Source of the DNA: an uncultured Acidobacteriota bacterium
GTDB taxonomy: Bacteria > Acidobacteriota > Vicinamibacteria > Vicinamibacterales > UBA8438
Direction of reading: 5' to 3'
Length of the DNA: 64,000 nt
Assembly (NCBI GenBank): GCA_913043225.1
Contig: CAJWLU010000006.1
Location: forward strand, 1 to 64,000
Shown here: positions 19,624-29,905 of the stretch, piece by piece
Position numbering within the stretch: the stretch's first letter is position 1
Layout: every line of letters begins with the position of its first letter
Notes under the pieces: model-generated
What the model was told of the DNA's origin: nothing
What the model saw: the letters and a program-made list of their open reading frames with translations, nothing else
Databases searched by the model: none
Position numbers and translations under genes: made by a program

Positions 19624-20921
19624 GCTTGACGCTCGCTGGACTGATTGGGATCGCGGCCATGATCGGCCTCCTCATCCTGGGGGTGCCGATCGCCATCGCG
19701 ATGGCGGTGACCGGTGCGGCGGGGCTGTGGATTCTCGAGGGCCCAGGTCCCGCCCTGGCCCACACGCTCTTGATTCCATGGGATGAGGGACGCAGCTTCG
19801 TCTTGGTCACGATTCCGCTGTTCGTCTTGATGGGGCAGCTTGTCTTTCAGACCGGGTTGGCCTCTGACCTGTACGCTGGCATTCGCAGCTGGATCGCGCG
19901 GGTGCCGGGTGGTATGGCCATCACGTCGGTGGTGGCGTGCGGCGCGTTCGGGGCGGTCACCGGCTCGAGTATCGCTACGGTGGCGACGATGGGCGCCATC
20001 GTGATGCCCGAAATGCGGCGGTTTAAGTATCACCCTCGCCTGGCGACCGGCTCGCTGGCCGCGTCAGGCACGCTGGGCATCCTGATCCCGCCAAGTCTCA
20101 TCTTTATTTTCTACGGGGTGATGACCGAGACGTCGATCGGCGCCCTATTCATTGCCGGCATCATTCCGGGCATTCTGACGGCCGCGATGTTCTCGGCCAT
20201 CATCCTGTTGCGCTGTCTGATCACGCCATCGTTGGGACCTCCGGGGCCCACCGCGACCTGGGCGGAACGTTGGCAGGCGACATCTGGGTTGTTGCCGATT
20301 CTTGGTCTCTTCTTCCTGGTGATCGGTGGAATCTACGGCGGGGTGTTCACTCCGACTGAAGCGGCGGGCGTTGGCTGCACCGGTGTGCTCATCACCGCGG
20401 CGCTCCGACGCCGGCTCACCAAGGAAGCGATGGCGAAGGCGCTGGAAGAGACCGCCCTGATCACGGCGATGATCTTCGCGATCATCGTTGGGGGCTATCT
20501 CGTGGCGCGCTTCCTGGCTATTACCGGCATCACCGAGAACATGGTGGCGCTGCTGGTTGGTCTGGACCTGGGACGCGTGGCCTTCCTGATCCTACTGGTA
20601 GGGCTTTACCTGGTCTTGGGCGCGATGGTGGACGTCTTTGGCATGCTGGTACTGACCATCCCGTTCGTAATGCCGGTGGTGGGCGAGCTCGGCATCGACC
20701 CGATCTGGTTCGGAGTGTTCGCCGTGATGATGGCTGAGCTGGCGCTCGTGACGCCGCCAATTGGTGCTAACGTCTTCGTGATGCGTCGCACTGCGCCAGA
20801 AGTGCCGATGGGCGATATCTTCATGGGCGTGTTGCCGTTCGTTGTCGGTCAGCTCCTGATCATCGGCCTGATCATCGCCTTTCCCGATATAGCCCTCTGG
20901 TTGCCGAACAGGATGCAGTGA
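19620..20921 (+). CDS. dctM: TRAP transporter large permease
   Basis: IPLFVLMG, FGAVTGSS, GTLGILIPPS, FTPTEAA, TPPIG. Confidence 0.92.
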   Translation: MSLTLAGLIGIAAMIGLLILGVPIAIAMAVTGAAGLWILEGPGPALAHTLLIPWDEGRSFVLVTIPLFVLMGQLVFQTGLASDLYAGIRSWIARVPGGMAITSVVACGAFGAVTGSSIATVATMGAIVMPEMRRFKYHPRLATGSLAASGTLGILIPPSLIFIFYGVMTETSIGALFIAGIIPGILTAAMFSAIILLRCLITPSLGPPGPTATWAERWQATSGLLPILGLFFLVIGGIYGGVFTPTEAAGVGCTGVLITAALRRRLTKEAMAKALEETALITAMIFAIIVGGYLVARFLAITGITENMVALLVGLDLGRVAFLILLVGLYLVLGAMVDVFGMLVLTIPFVMPVVGELGIDPIWFGVFAVMMAELALVTPPIGANVFVMRRTAPEVPMGDIFMGVLPFVVGQLLIIGLIIAFPDIALWLPNRMQ

Positions 20922-20927
20922 GGCGGG

Positions 20928-22580
20928 CTATAGCCCAGTCGTTTCTTGTTCGGGTAACCCGAACGCGAACAAGACGTTACCGGCTGCGATGGCCACATAC
21001 TGCTCGCCGTCCACGGCATATGTGATGGCGGCCGAGTGCACCAAGCGGCCGACATTCATGTGCCAGAGCTCCTTGCCGGTCTCGGCGTCGAGGGCCAGGA
21101 AATAGCCGTCGATGCTGCCGGTGAACACCAAGCCGCCGGCTGTGGCCAGCATGCCGCCCGTGGATCGCGGCTGCAGGGGATATTCCCAGCGGATCTCGCC
21201 GGTCGTCGGTTCGATGGCTCGTACCGCGCTGTGATACTCGTCGAGAGGCAACGGACGCTCGAATCCGCCGCCTGTGAACTGATCACCTTCGCTGTACTCT
21301 TCGTCGCGCTGGAAGTAGCGATCCTCGCCGTCGTAGGCCTGTACGTAGAAGAGGCCCGTGTCAGGGCTATAGGCGGGGGAAAACCAGTTGGTAGCTCCGG
21401 CCACCGGCGGGGAGACGATGACCCCTTCGGCGTTCGGCGCGGTGTTCGGTACTCGAATCGGGCGCCCGTTCGAATCGAGTCCCTCGGCCCAGGTCTGTCG
21501 TGCGAACGGGTTGCCAAGCAGGAATTCGCCGGTTTCACGGTCGATGACGTAGAAGAAGGCGTTGCGGTTGGCCCACATCATCACCTTCCTCGATTTCCCC
21601 TCCCAGTCCATGTCGGCCAGGATCGGCACCTGGATGGCGTCCCAGTCGTGAACGTCATGTGGCGTGAACTGGAAGTACCACTCGAGACCGCCGGTGCCAT
21701 GGTTGATGGCCATCGCCGCGTCTGAATAGAGGTTGTCGCCCATCCGGACATCGCCGTTCCAGTCCGGGCCAGGATTGCCGGTGCCCCAGTAGACGAGGTC
21801 GAGGTCGGGATCGTACGACCCGGTGATCCAGGTGGCCGAGCCACCCGTCCGCCAGGAATCGCCGGCCCATGTCTGATTGTCGGGATGGTCTGGTCCAGGA
21901 ATAGTGTTCGCCCGCCAGTCCAGCTCGCCGGTAGTGGCTTCGTAGGAGTCGATGAAGCCCCGGATGCCGTATTCGCCTCCGGCAATGCCGGTCACTACCT
22001 TATCCTTAACCACTAACGGTGCCGCGGTCTTGCTGTAACCGGACCGATGATCGGCCACCTCGCGGTTCCAGACCAGGTTGCCGGAGCGCGCGTCGATGGC
22101 CACCAAATGGGCGTCGAGCGTGCTCATGTAGAGGTGTTCGCCCAGGATGGCCACGCCACGGTTGTTCCGACCGCAACAGATCCGGAGGTCGTCTGGCAGA
22201 GGGTGGTCGTAGCGCCAGTACTGACGTCCGGTGGCAGCGTCAACGGCTACGACGTTGCTAGGTGCCTCGGTGATGAACATCACGCCGTCGACCACCAGCG
22301 GAACAGCTTCGGACCGGTCGAGCTGCGGAATCTGATATGCCCACTTGAGCTCAAGCTCGTCAACCGTATCGCGATTTACCTGATTGAGTCCGCTGAAGCG
22401 CTGGCTATCGAGCGTGCCGGAGTACATCAACCAGTTGTGCGGTTCGTTGGCGGCGTTCAGTAGGCGCTCCCAGGTCACTGGAGTGAAGGCGGCGGCCGCG
22501 CCGGGCGACGAGCCGGCAGGCTGGGCCGCGGTGGGAACGGCCAAGGCGAGAACAGTAAGTACGGACAGCAGGCGCGTCAT
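20928..22580 (-). CDS. PQQ-dependent dehydrogenase, methanol/ethanol family
   Basis: Signal peptide; vicinal CC (RICCGRNNRG), GGEYGIRG, WGTGNPGP, TPHDVHDWDA. Confidence 0.9.
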   Translation of the reverse strand: MTRLLSVLTVLALAVPTAAQPAGSSPGAAAAFTPVTWERLLNAANEPHNWLMYSGTLDSQRFSGLNQVNRDTVDELELKWAYQIPQLDRSEAVPLVVDGVMFITEAPSNVVAVDAATGRQYWRYDHPLPDDLRICCGRNNRGVAILGEHLYMSTLDAHLVAIDARSGNLVWNREVADHRSGYSKTAAPLVVKDKVVTGIAGGEYGIRGFIDSYEATTGELDWRANTIPGPDHPDNQTWAGDSWRTGGSATWITGSYDPDLDLVYWGTGNPGPDWNGDVRMGDNLYSDAAMAINHGTGGLEWYFQFTPHDVHDWDAIQVPILADMDWEGKSRKVMMWANRNAFFYVIDRETGEFLLGNPFARQTWAEGLDSNGRPIRVPNTAPNAEGVIVSPPVAGATNWFSPAYSPDTGLFYVQAYDGEDRYFQRDEEYSEGDQFTGGGFERPLPLDEYHSAVRAIEPTTGEIRWEYPLQPRSTGGMLATAGGLVFTGSIDGYFLALDAETGKELWHMNVGRLVHSAAITYAVDGEQYVAIAAGNVLFAFGLPEQETTGL

Positions 22581-22680
22581 GTCAGGTCCTTCCCCGGGGC
22601 TGCGTTGGCGACCGAGATACCGATGGAGTCTCTTGTCGGACGATAACATGTGTCACAGGCCCCGTTACGGTCGCCATCGT

Positions 22681-22686
22681 TATAAT
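22681..22686 (+). promoter_or_regulatory. consensus -10 box TATAAT
   Basis: Perfect TATAAT in the divergent intergenic region upstream of GTG 22731. Confidence 0.55.
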
Positions 22687-22730
22687 TCGGGCATGTGTCG
22701 TGCTGCTTTTGGAAGAGGATGGAGGTTCGA

Positions 22731-23981
22731 GTGACCCTGTCGCACAGCGTGCTCGTGCTGGCCTTCGTCGGTGTCGTGGGAGGAGGCTTCGTTCCTGAGG
22801 TTGGAGCTCAGGAACCGTCGGAGGAGACGTTCACCGCCGCCGGCATCCCGTACGTACCGCTGCCGGATCCTTCTGTCGAATTCGGAACCGCCGAGAGGCA
22901 AGGCATCCGGGTGAGCGTGGTCGCCGCCGGGCTGACCTACCCCTGGGGGTTCGCCTTCCTTCCGGACGGACGGATCCTGGTGACGGAGCGGCTGGGGGCG
23001 GTGCGCGTTATCACGGCCGGGCGACTGGAGGAGGCCGCCCTTGCAGGGATACCAGAGGTGCATACGGAGCAGGCGCTGGCTGGCTTGATGGATGTGTCCA
23101 TCCATCCGAATTTCGCGCAGAACCGCTGGGTGTATCTAACATACTCGCAGACAAGCGGGAACGGGTCGGTGGTCACACTCGCGCGCGGCCGGCTTGACGG
23201 CGGGAGCTTGACCGAGGTCCGCGAGCTCTTTGTCAGCAACACCGAGGCACAGGCAGCTGGGGCGGCTCGGATGGCCTGGGCGGCCGATGGGCACCTGTTT
23301 CTGTCGGTGGGGGGAGCCTTCGGCGGTCGACGCATGGACGCCCAAGATCTGGGTAGTCATCTAGGCAAGATGCTTCGTCTGCGGGACGACGGGACTGCGC
23401 CCCTTGACAACCCGTTCGTTGGGCAAGAAGGCGCGGCGCCAGAGGTGTACTCGCTGGGGCATCGGAACCAGATGGGAATTGCCATTCACCCCGAGACCGG
23501 GGAGGTGTGGGCCAGCGAGCACGCGCCTCAAGGGGGGGACGAGATCAACATCATCCGAGCCGGCGGGAACTACGGCTGGCCGGTGGTGTCCTATTCGCGC
23601 GAGTACACCGGGCAGCGGATCACCGAGCGACCGTGGCAAGATGGAATGGTGCAGCCCGAGATTATTTGGATTCCGTCAATCGGGCCGTCTGGACTCATGT
23701 TCTATGCCGGTGACCGTTTTCCGGCATGGCAGGGCGACCTGTTTGCCGGCTCGCTGATGACCGGACGTATCGAGCGCACGGGCCATCTGGAGCGGATCCG
23801 ATTCAACCGGCGGGGAATGGAGCAGCGGCGAGAATGGCTGTTGGCCCCGCTGCGGCGGCGGATCCGGGACGTTCAGCAGGGGCCGGATGGATTGATATAT
23901 GTCCTAACCGCTGGTCAGTTTCTCGGGATCGATCCCGTTCAGGGTGAAGGCGCGATCCTACGGATCGAGCCGGTGCCCTAG
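22731..23981 (+). CDS. PQQ-dependent soluble aldose sugar dehydrogenase (YliI/GSDH family)
   Basis: GLTYPWGFAFLPDG, SLGHRNQMG, EHAPQGGDEIN, NYGWP, RIRDVQQGPDG; GGAGG RBS. Confidence 0.9.
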   Translation: MTLSHSVLVLAFVGVVGGGFVPEVGAQEPSEETFTAAGIPYVPLPDPSVEFGTAERQGIRVSVVAAGLTYPWGFAFLPDGRILVTERLGAVRVITAGRLEEAALAGIPEVHTEQALAGLMDVSIHPNFAQNRWVYLTYSQTSGNGSVVTLARGRLDGGSLTEVRELFVSNTEAQAAGAARMAWAADGHLFLSVGGAFGGRRMDAQDLGSHLGKMLRLRDDGTAPLDNPFVGQEGAAPEVYSLGHRNQMGIAIHPETGEVWASEHAPQGGDEINIIRAGGNYGWPVVSYSREYTGQRITERPWQDGMVQPEIIWIPSIGPSGLMFYAGDRFPAWQGDLFAGSLMTGRIERTGHLERIRFNRRGMEQRREWLLAPLRRRIRDVQQGPDGLIYVLTAGQFLGIDPVQGEGAILRIEPVP

Positions 23982-24100
23982 AAGCCCAGGGCGACCGACA
24001 ACCGAAAGAAAGGGATATACTTCTCGGTTTCTCGCCCGATAACTACGGGTAGAGAGGGAACATGGTCCGCCAAGGCGGGCGTCCAAAGGACAGGAATCGC

Positions 24101-25102
24101 GTGACCAACAACGAGAGTGCGGCCGAAAAGGCCCCCTGGATTACGTACCGTCCCAATCTCAAGGTGCTGGATTGCACCGTGCGCGACGGCGGCCTGATCA
24201 ACGCCCATCAATTCGAAGACGGCTTTGTGCGGGCGGTGTACGACACCTGCATCGCGGCCGGCATCGATACGATGGAGATCGGCTACAAGAACTCAGAGCG
24301 GCTGTTTCCCCGCGACGAGTTCGGCCACTGGCGACACAGCCGAGAAGAGGACATGCGTCGGGTCGTTGGCGATCACGATGCCGAGGCTACGGGGCTGACA
24401 CTGGCCGCCATGGCCGACGCTGGCAAGTGCGACTGGAAGACCGCGATCGAGCCGGCTGGCGACAGCGTGCTCGGCATGATCAGGGTGGCGTTCTATGCGC
24501 ATCAGGTCTCTGAGGCGGTCGATATGATCCACCACGCCCATGAGCAGGGCTATCAGACGATGGCCAATCTGATGGCGGTGTCGAACATCACTGAGGAGGA
24601 AATTGACACTGTGTTGGAGGCGATCGCGCCGACTCCGGCTGGCACGATGGTGATCGTGGATAGCTTTGGCCACCTCTATCGAGAGCAGCTCGATCGGCTC
24701 TACGCCAAGTACTCCGCGGCGATGGCGGGGACCGGTAAGGAGATCGGGATTCACGCCCACAACAACATGCAGCTCGCCTTCGCGAACACCATCGAGGCGA
24801 TCATCCTCGGGTCGAATCGGGCCGACGCGACTATGGCGGGCTTGGGTCGTGGCGCCGGCAACTGTCCGATGGAGCTATTGCTGGGTTTCTTGCGGAACCC
24901 GAAGTTTAAGCAGCGCCCCGTGATCCGGCTGCTACAGGAGCACCTGCCGAAGATTCGGGAGACGGTGGAATGGGGTCCTCTGGTGCCGTATATCATCACC
25001 GGCCAGCTCAACCTGCACCCGCGGGCCGCCATGGAGTTCCGGGCAGGCGAGACCCCAGACGACTTCGTGTCGTTCTACGACGAGATCGTCAACGAGACCT
25101 AG
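24101..25102 (+). CDS. DRE-TIM metallolyase, 4-hydroxy-2-oxovalerate aldolase-like
   Basis: LDCTVRDGG, IVDSFG, GIHAHNN, GLGRGAGNCPME. Confidence 0.85.
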   Translation: MTNNESAAEKAPWITYRPNLKVLDCTVRDGGLINAHQFEDGFVRAVYDTCIAAGIDTMEIGYKNSERLFPRDEFGHWRHSREEDMRRVVGDHDAEATGLTLAAMADAGKCDWKTAIEPAGDSVLGMIRVAFYAHQVSEAVDMIHHAHEQGYQTMANLMAVSNITEEEIDTVLEAIAPTPAGTMVIVDSFGHLYREQLDRLYAKYSAAMAGTGKEIGIHAHNNMQLAFANTIEAIILGSNRADATMAGLGRGAGNCPMELLLGFLRNPKFKQRPVIRLLQEHLPKIRETVEWGPLVPYIITGQLNLHPRAAMEFRAGETPDDFVSFYDEIVNET

Positions 25103-25335
25103 AAGAGAGCAGATGTCCGTGCGTTCGACGTGGGCATCCGGTCCTGGACTGCCGGGTCACTCTAGCGTTGAGATTGGCATACCGTGGTCTAGTCGCGGTC
25201 GTTGAGACCAGGTGCGATGGAGGCGGCGCGCGCCAGGTGTCCGGACGGCGAGGACTACTTGGTGTCCAACGCGCTCAGCGGTAGGCGAGTGCTCCAGCGG
25301 GCGACGGCCCGTAGGGTCGGGTTTAGGCCCGTGAA

Positions 25336-25812
25336 TCACACGAGAAACAGCAACAGCGAGGAATAGACCAGCAACGCGGTCGTCGCGGCAATGAGGAAGC
25401 CGACGATCCGCGGCCACACGCAGTCCGGGGCGTTGAGGCGTCCGAGGACGGAGGGCGGCACGCGCCGGATGGTGCCTGCCAAATCCAGCGCGAGCAGCGT
25501 GATGCCAAGAAGCGCGAGTGTCGAGGCGCCTCCAAGCATCATGCGCCAGGACAGCGTACTCAGTGTTTCGAAGGTTCCAGGCCAGGCCGATGTGACGAGC
25601 GTCTCGGCCGTCATCGTCGGAACCAGGTAACCAAACGGGCGCCAGATGTCGAACGTCGCCGGCGACGCGGTGAGCGAATACCCGATGAAGCCAATGGCGG
25701 TGATGGCGATGGCCGGGGCGAGCGCTACGCCGGCGATGATGATCCTCGCATCACAACACGGCTCTTCGACCTCGGTCACGGCGTCTGGACTCCGCGCGTC
25801 GTGTGGTCTCAT
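25336..25812 (-). CDS. hypothetical membrane protein
   Basis: Three hydrophobic segments; fills the gap downstream of the DUF6265 gene on the same strand. Confidence 0.4.
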   Translation of the reverse strand: MRPHDARSPDAVTEVEEPCCDARIIIAGVALAPAIAITAIGFIGYSLTASPATFDIWRPFGYLVPTMTAETLVTSAWPGTFETLSTLSWRMMLGGASTLALLGITLLALDLAGTIRRVPPSVLGRLNAPDCVWPRIVGFLIAATTALLVYSSLLLFLV

Positions 25813-25902
25813 TGAAGGTTGTTCGCGACATCTTATTGTTGGACGCGACGGTTGGCAAGCGTGCGGTGCCCTGGCTAGCTGGGTGCCGCGGGCCCACAGG
25901 GA

Positions 25903-26370
25903 TTAGTTTGGGGACACGCGGGTTAATGGGATGTCGAAGTTCCCGCGGGCCGTGCCCACCGAGATGGTAAATCTGTAGCCACTCAGACTGTAGCGGAGGT
26001 TCTGGATCCCCTCCTCTCCACGGTTCTTGAAGGCGACTGTCTTGTCGCCGATGTCGACGAGGTCCATTACCTGGAAATCGGCGGAGCGCTCCTCCATGCC
26101 GGGGTTCCACTGTTTCAGCTTGAGCACGAGCGAGCCCTCAACTTCTTCCACCACAATCAGTTCGATCATGTTGTTGGCGCCGTCACCGTACCCACGTACC
26201 AGCGATGCGATCGAGCCGCCTTTAGGCTCGGTCCAGTTCTCCTCCAGCGTGTCATTGGCGTAGCTACCGGTCATCCAGCCTAGGTCGGCGACTTTGGCAG
26301 CCGGCCCCTGTGCAAGTACCGGAGCGGAGACGACGAACAGCATCGCTGCGGCGATCATGAGACGGGTCAT
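25903..26370 (-). CDS. exported DUF6265-like protein
   Basis: Signal peptide; ADLGWMTGSY, EENWTEPKGG. Confidence 0.7.
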   Translation of the reverse strand: MTRLMIAAAMLFVVSAPVLAQGPAAKVADLGWMTGSYANDTLEENWTEPKGGSIASLVRGYGDGANNMIELIVVEEVEGSLVLKLKQWNPGMEERSADFQVMDLVDIGDKTVAFKNRGEEGIQNLRYSLSGYRFTISVGTARGNFDIPLTRVSPN

Positions 26371-26675
26371 GCGAGGGCTCCCTTCATCCGTTGGGACGGT
26401 ACGCAGGTGTGCGCGGTCGATGATGCCGGTCATCGTATCAGGTGAAAAACCGGCTGAGGCTGCCGAACCTTCGTCAACAGCCGCAGGACACCCACTCGAG
26501 CACCACCCGTGCAGTCGCTCGCTATATGTGGCATTGAGCCCTCCTTCGAAGCGGTGCTCCGCATCGGCGAGGGGGTCTGTTGGAGGAGGTCTTGGGAGTA
26601 TAGTCTGGCAGCGTCACGATTGGTCGTGGTTGTGTGCGTTGAGATCGGCGGGAGACTTCGGTAAGGAGAGTAACG

Positions 26676-27047
26676 ATGAAGTGGGTATGGAGAGCTGGGG
26701 CCGCGCTGATGATCACGGTGTCGGCGGCGCAGTTCGTCCAGGTGCAGGGTCTGTTCAACCTCGTGGGGATCATGTCCCACAACTGGGGCGTTTGGGTGGA
26801 GCCGGGCCTCGAAATGGAGGACTGGATCGGCGAGGCGCGGGCCTATTGCAGCGGCGACGACATCTGCGACGTACGGATCTTCGAGGGGCCCGAACTGGCT
26901 ACCCATGAGGTTCCAGTGCCTGAGGCGAACCGTGCAGGGCTCCGATGGATCTTCCGGTACCGGTCCGACGAGACCCCGCGCATCGTCGTGGAAGAGGTGC
27001 ACGGCCGGGGCGGGGCAGAGCCGCGGCGGTGGACGTTCGAGCAATAA
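26676..27047 (+). CDS. hypothetical exported protein
   Basis: AAGGAG RBS, signal-like N-terminus, CSGDDIC pair; TATAGT at 26599-26604. Confidence 0.6.
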   Translation: MKWVWRAGAALMITVSAAQFVQVQGLFNLVGIMSHNWGVWVEPGLEMEDWIGEARAYCSGDDICDVRIFEGPELATHEVPVPEANRAGLRWIFRYRSDETPRIVVEEVHGRGGAEPRRWTFEQ

Positions 27048-27153
27048 CGGAAGGCCGTACGCATCAAGTTGCCCTCGGCTCCGTTCGGATTGCCGCGAGG
27101 ACAGGTCTTTCCTTGGAGCAGGTTTCAGCTGGGAAACCGCCGCGGGGCTTCAT

Positions 27154-28140
27154 TCACGGGGCCGTGGCGACCCACATGTCGGGTTGTGGGGTGCTCCCGG
27201 CGGCAGAGCCGCCGGCGACGTATATTTTTCCGTCGATGATGGCCACGGCAGGTGAGGAGAGTGGTATGGGCAGCACACCGACTTTCTCCCACGCGTTGGC
27301 GTCAGGATTGAGCACGATGATGTCGGCATCATGCTGTTTCGATCCGCCAGGTGCCGTGGTGTGCCCGCCCGCCATGTAGATCCGGCCGTCGTGAACGAAG
27401 GTGGCCCCCTCCGCGTGGGAATGGCCTTTCGTGAGCGGTGGACCTGCGCTCCAGCTGTCCGTGCCGGGGTCGTAGATGTCGACCCGCGGCTGGTCCAACT
27501 GGGCACTGTCGTGGTGGAACTGACCGGCGATGGCGTAGATCCTTCCCTGGAACGTCACACATGAGAATTGATTCCGTGGGGTAGGCATCGGGGCGAGCGA
27601 GGTCCACTTGGCTTGACCGGCGGCCCAATCGTCCAGGTTCAGTACCCAGTGGTCGGGCATGTCGGTGTCTCGGTCTGGACCCACCCCGCCCATGTAGTGC
27701 AGGTTCCGTCCCACTAACGCGAGGCCGCCTCCTCCGCGCGGAGCCGGGAGCAGGGGAGCCGCCGTGTATCTGTCCAGGTCTATGTCGTAGCTCCACACCT
27801 CGGCAATGGTGTGACCCTTGTAGCCGTCCTTGAAGCCGCCGGCGAACCAGACCGTACGACCGTCCAGCACCATATTCATGTGGGTGATGGCGCTAGGTAA
27901 TTGTTGGAGCGGCGTCCAGCTACCGTCAGCGGGGTCGTACACGTTGGCGATCTTGCTGGAGATCACGCCCTCGGTATAGCCACCAAAGAGATACAGCTTA
28001 CCGTCGAGCACGACTGTGCCCGGCTCCCACTTTTCGATCGGCATGTCGGGCAGCTGCTCCCAGTCCTGAGCCGTCGCGGCGATCGGCAGGGTGAGGGCAA
28101 GCGCGACGACAAGCGGTTCCAGATAGGGAGACAGGCGCAT
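27154..28140 (-). CDS. exported Kelch repeat beta-propeller protein
   Basis: About six Kelch repeats (LYLFGG..YDP..SW, IYAIAG, IYMAGG, IYVAGG); signal peptide. Confidence 0.88.
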   Translation of the reverse strand: MRLSPYLEPLVVALALTLPIAATAQDWEQLPDMPIEKWEPGTVVLDGKLYLFGGYTEGVISSKIANVYDPADGSWTPLQQLPSAITHMNMVLDGRTVWFAGGFKDGYKGHTIAEVWSYDIDLDRYTAAPLLPAPRGGGGLALVGRNLHYMGGVGPDRDTDMPDHWVLNLDDWAAGQAKWTSLAPMPTPRNQFSCVTFQGRIYAIAGQFHHDSAQLDQPRVDIYDPGTDSWSAGPPLTKGHSHAEGATFVHDGRIYMAGGHTTAPGGSKQHDADIIVLNPDANAWEKVGVLPIPLSSPAVAIIDGKIYVAGGSAAGSTPQPDMWVATAP

Positions 28141-28423
28141 CGGTCGATCCTTTCGTCCAACCAGGGGCGTGACGGGCAATCATAGTCGCAACGACGGAAG
28201 GAGGCACAGCATGAGGGCAGCCGCGATCCAAGATGGACATGAGGAGCACGACAGGCGCGGGTCTGGGTTGTAGGGCGGCGGGCGTAGCCCTGGCCTGTCC
28301 GACGCCGTGGCGATTGGGCCGGCGGTTTGGCCTGGAGCTGTTCTTCGGAAGCCTATTCCCGCTGCTGGTCCCATTTGAACTCTTCGACTGGGGAGCGGCC
28401 AGCCCTCTTTGACCGCGCGAGCG

Positions 28424-28429
28424 TATAAT
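28424..28429 (+). promoter_or_regulatory. consensus -10 box TATAAT
   Basis: TATAATCG 34 nt before ATG 28464. Confidence 0.55.
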
Positions 28430-28463
28430 CGACTAGCCTTAGAGTTGCCATTTGAGGAGTCCG

Positions 28464-29423
28464 ATGACCAGATTTAAAGCGCTGGCGTTCACCATCTTGG
28501 CCGCGTTCGCACTCGTGGTGGGCCTGTCGGCCCGCCAGTCCGGATCGAGCTACACGCCCAAGCGGATCAACAAGGCGATCGAGCTTATCGAGATGGGTGA
28601 GCCCGTCTATTATTCTCAGTTCCCTGGAGGTGGCTACGAAGAAGGGAAGTCGATGTCGCAGACGTGGGCCGACGCGATCGGCTACAACGTCGAACAGGCG
28701 CCGTTCAACGCGCTTCAGTTCAAGGATTTTATGCAGGGGCTTATCGACGGTGGGCCGACGCCGAGCGGGCATCGCACCCCGACCGTGATCGTCACGCTGC
28801 CGGTCGGCGGCATCGACGAGGCAACAGTGCGGGCAAACTACTGGATGGTGGAGCAGGTCCTCGCCGCCGGGGCGCATGGCGTTCTGATGGTCCACATGCG
28901 GGAGGAGGGTGCAGCGCGCGCGTTGGTACAGGCCTCTCGGTATCCGCTGGCCCCGAAGACCCCGGGAGTTGGTGAGGGCCTCCGCGGGAGCGGTGGGCAG
29001 GGGCTGGCGGCGCAGATGTGGGGCATCAGCTCGCAAGAGTATCTGCGGATCGCGGACCCTTGGCCTTTAAATCCGGACGGTGAGCTGCTCATCGGGTTCA
29101 AGCCGGAGGACAAGGAGGCCTTGGCGGTAATCGACAAGACGATGGCCGTGCCCGGCATCGGCATCGTCGAGTGGGGACCCGCCGACATGATGATGTCGTT
29201 CGGGCTCATTCGCGGCCCTGGGGTGCCGTACTCGCAGGAAGTCATGGACGCTCGCGAGGAGATCCTTGCCGTGGCCCGGCAGAATGACGTGGTCTTCTCC
29301 GAGGTTGGCACGAACGCAGAAAATGTTATCGAGAGAGTGGACGACGGCATCATGTTCCACTTTGCGAATGAGGAAGCTGCCAGAGTTGGGCGACAGCACA
29401 CCAATCGCGTCATGCCGTACTGA
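28464..29423 (+). CDS. HpcH/HpaI aldolase/citrate lyase family protein with signal peptide
   Basis: VEQVLAAGAHG, SRYP, GLRG, VPGIG, WGPADM; GAGGAG RBS. Confidence 0.75.
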   Translation: MTRFKALAFTILAAFALVVGLSARQSGSSYTPKRINKAIELIEMGEPVYYSQFPGGGYEEGKSMSQTWADAIGYNVEQAPFNALQFKDFMQGLIDGGPTPSGHRTPTVIVTLPVGGIDEATVRANYWMVEQVLAAGAHGVLMVHMREEGAARALVQASRYPLAPKTPGVGEGLRGSGGQGLAAQMWGISSQEYLRIADPWPLNPDGELLIGFKPEDKEALAVIDKTMAVPGIGIVEWGPADMMMSFGLIRGPGVPYSQEVMDAREEILAVARQNDVVFSEVGTNAENVIERVDDGIMFHFANEEAARVGRQHTNRVMPY

Positions 29424-29476
29424 ACGTTCGTCTCGAGCGACCGAAGCGTGTCGCCGCCGGCGAAGAGGGCGCGACT

Positions 29477-29890
29477 CTACTCAGGTGGACCGTCGTAGGG
29501 AGCGCCGGTCCCTGACGAGCCTACGAAGAACTGTGAACCGTCCGGGAAGGTGATGTCCCTGGCGTTGGCAGTGCTCGAGCCGTCCTTAGCGCCGAAGCCG
29601 TCAATTACCAGCTCGGTCCCGACCGGGATCGAGTTCTTGTTCAGCCCTCGTCGCATGAGCGAATTTGGGGCGCCACATTCGATCGCCCAGGTGACCACGT
29701 CGCCGTTCTCGTCCTCGACATCGACGTGAATCCACGAGTGGGGATTGATCCACTCCGTCCGGTTCACGGTGCCCTTGAGGGTCATCGGCCGGTTGGCATC
29801 AAACTCGGCCGAGAAGGCGTGGTGCCCGAGGGCCGGCGTGGCGCCGGAGGCCAGTAGGATCAGGGCGGAGACAAGCACGTTCGCACGCAT
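29477..29890 (-). CDS. DUF6152 family exported protein
   Basis: Signal peptide then HHAFSAEFD, LKGTV, WINPHSWI, WAIE. Confidence 0.85.
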   Translation of the reverse strand: MRANVLVSALILLASGATPALGHHAFSAEFDANRPMTLKGTVNRTEWINPHSWIHVDVEDENGDVVTWAIECGAPNSLMRRGLNKNSIPVGTELVIDGFGAKDGSSTANARDITFPDGSQFFVGSSGTGAPYDGPPE

Positions 29891-29905
29891 GAGTCGTTCC
29901 TCGCT

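Noticed and set aside
25157..25417. 86-aa minus-strand ORF
   Set aside because: Overlaps the 25336-25812 ORF, has low-information composition and no motif.
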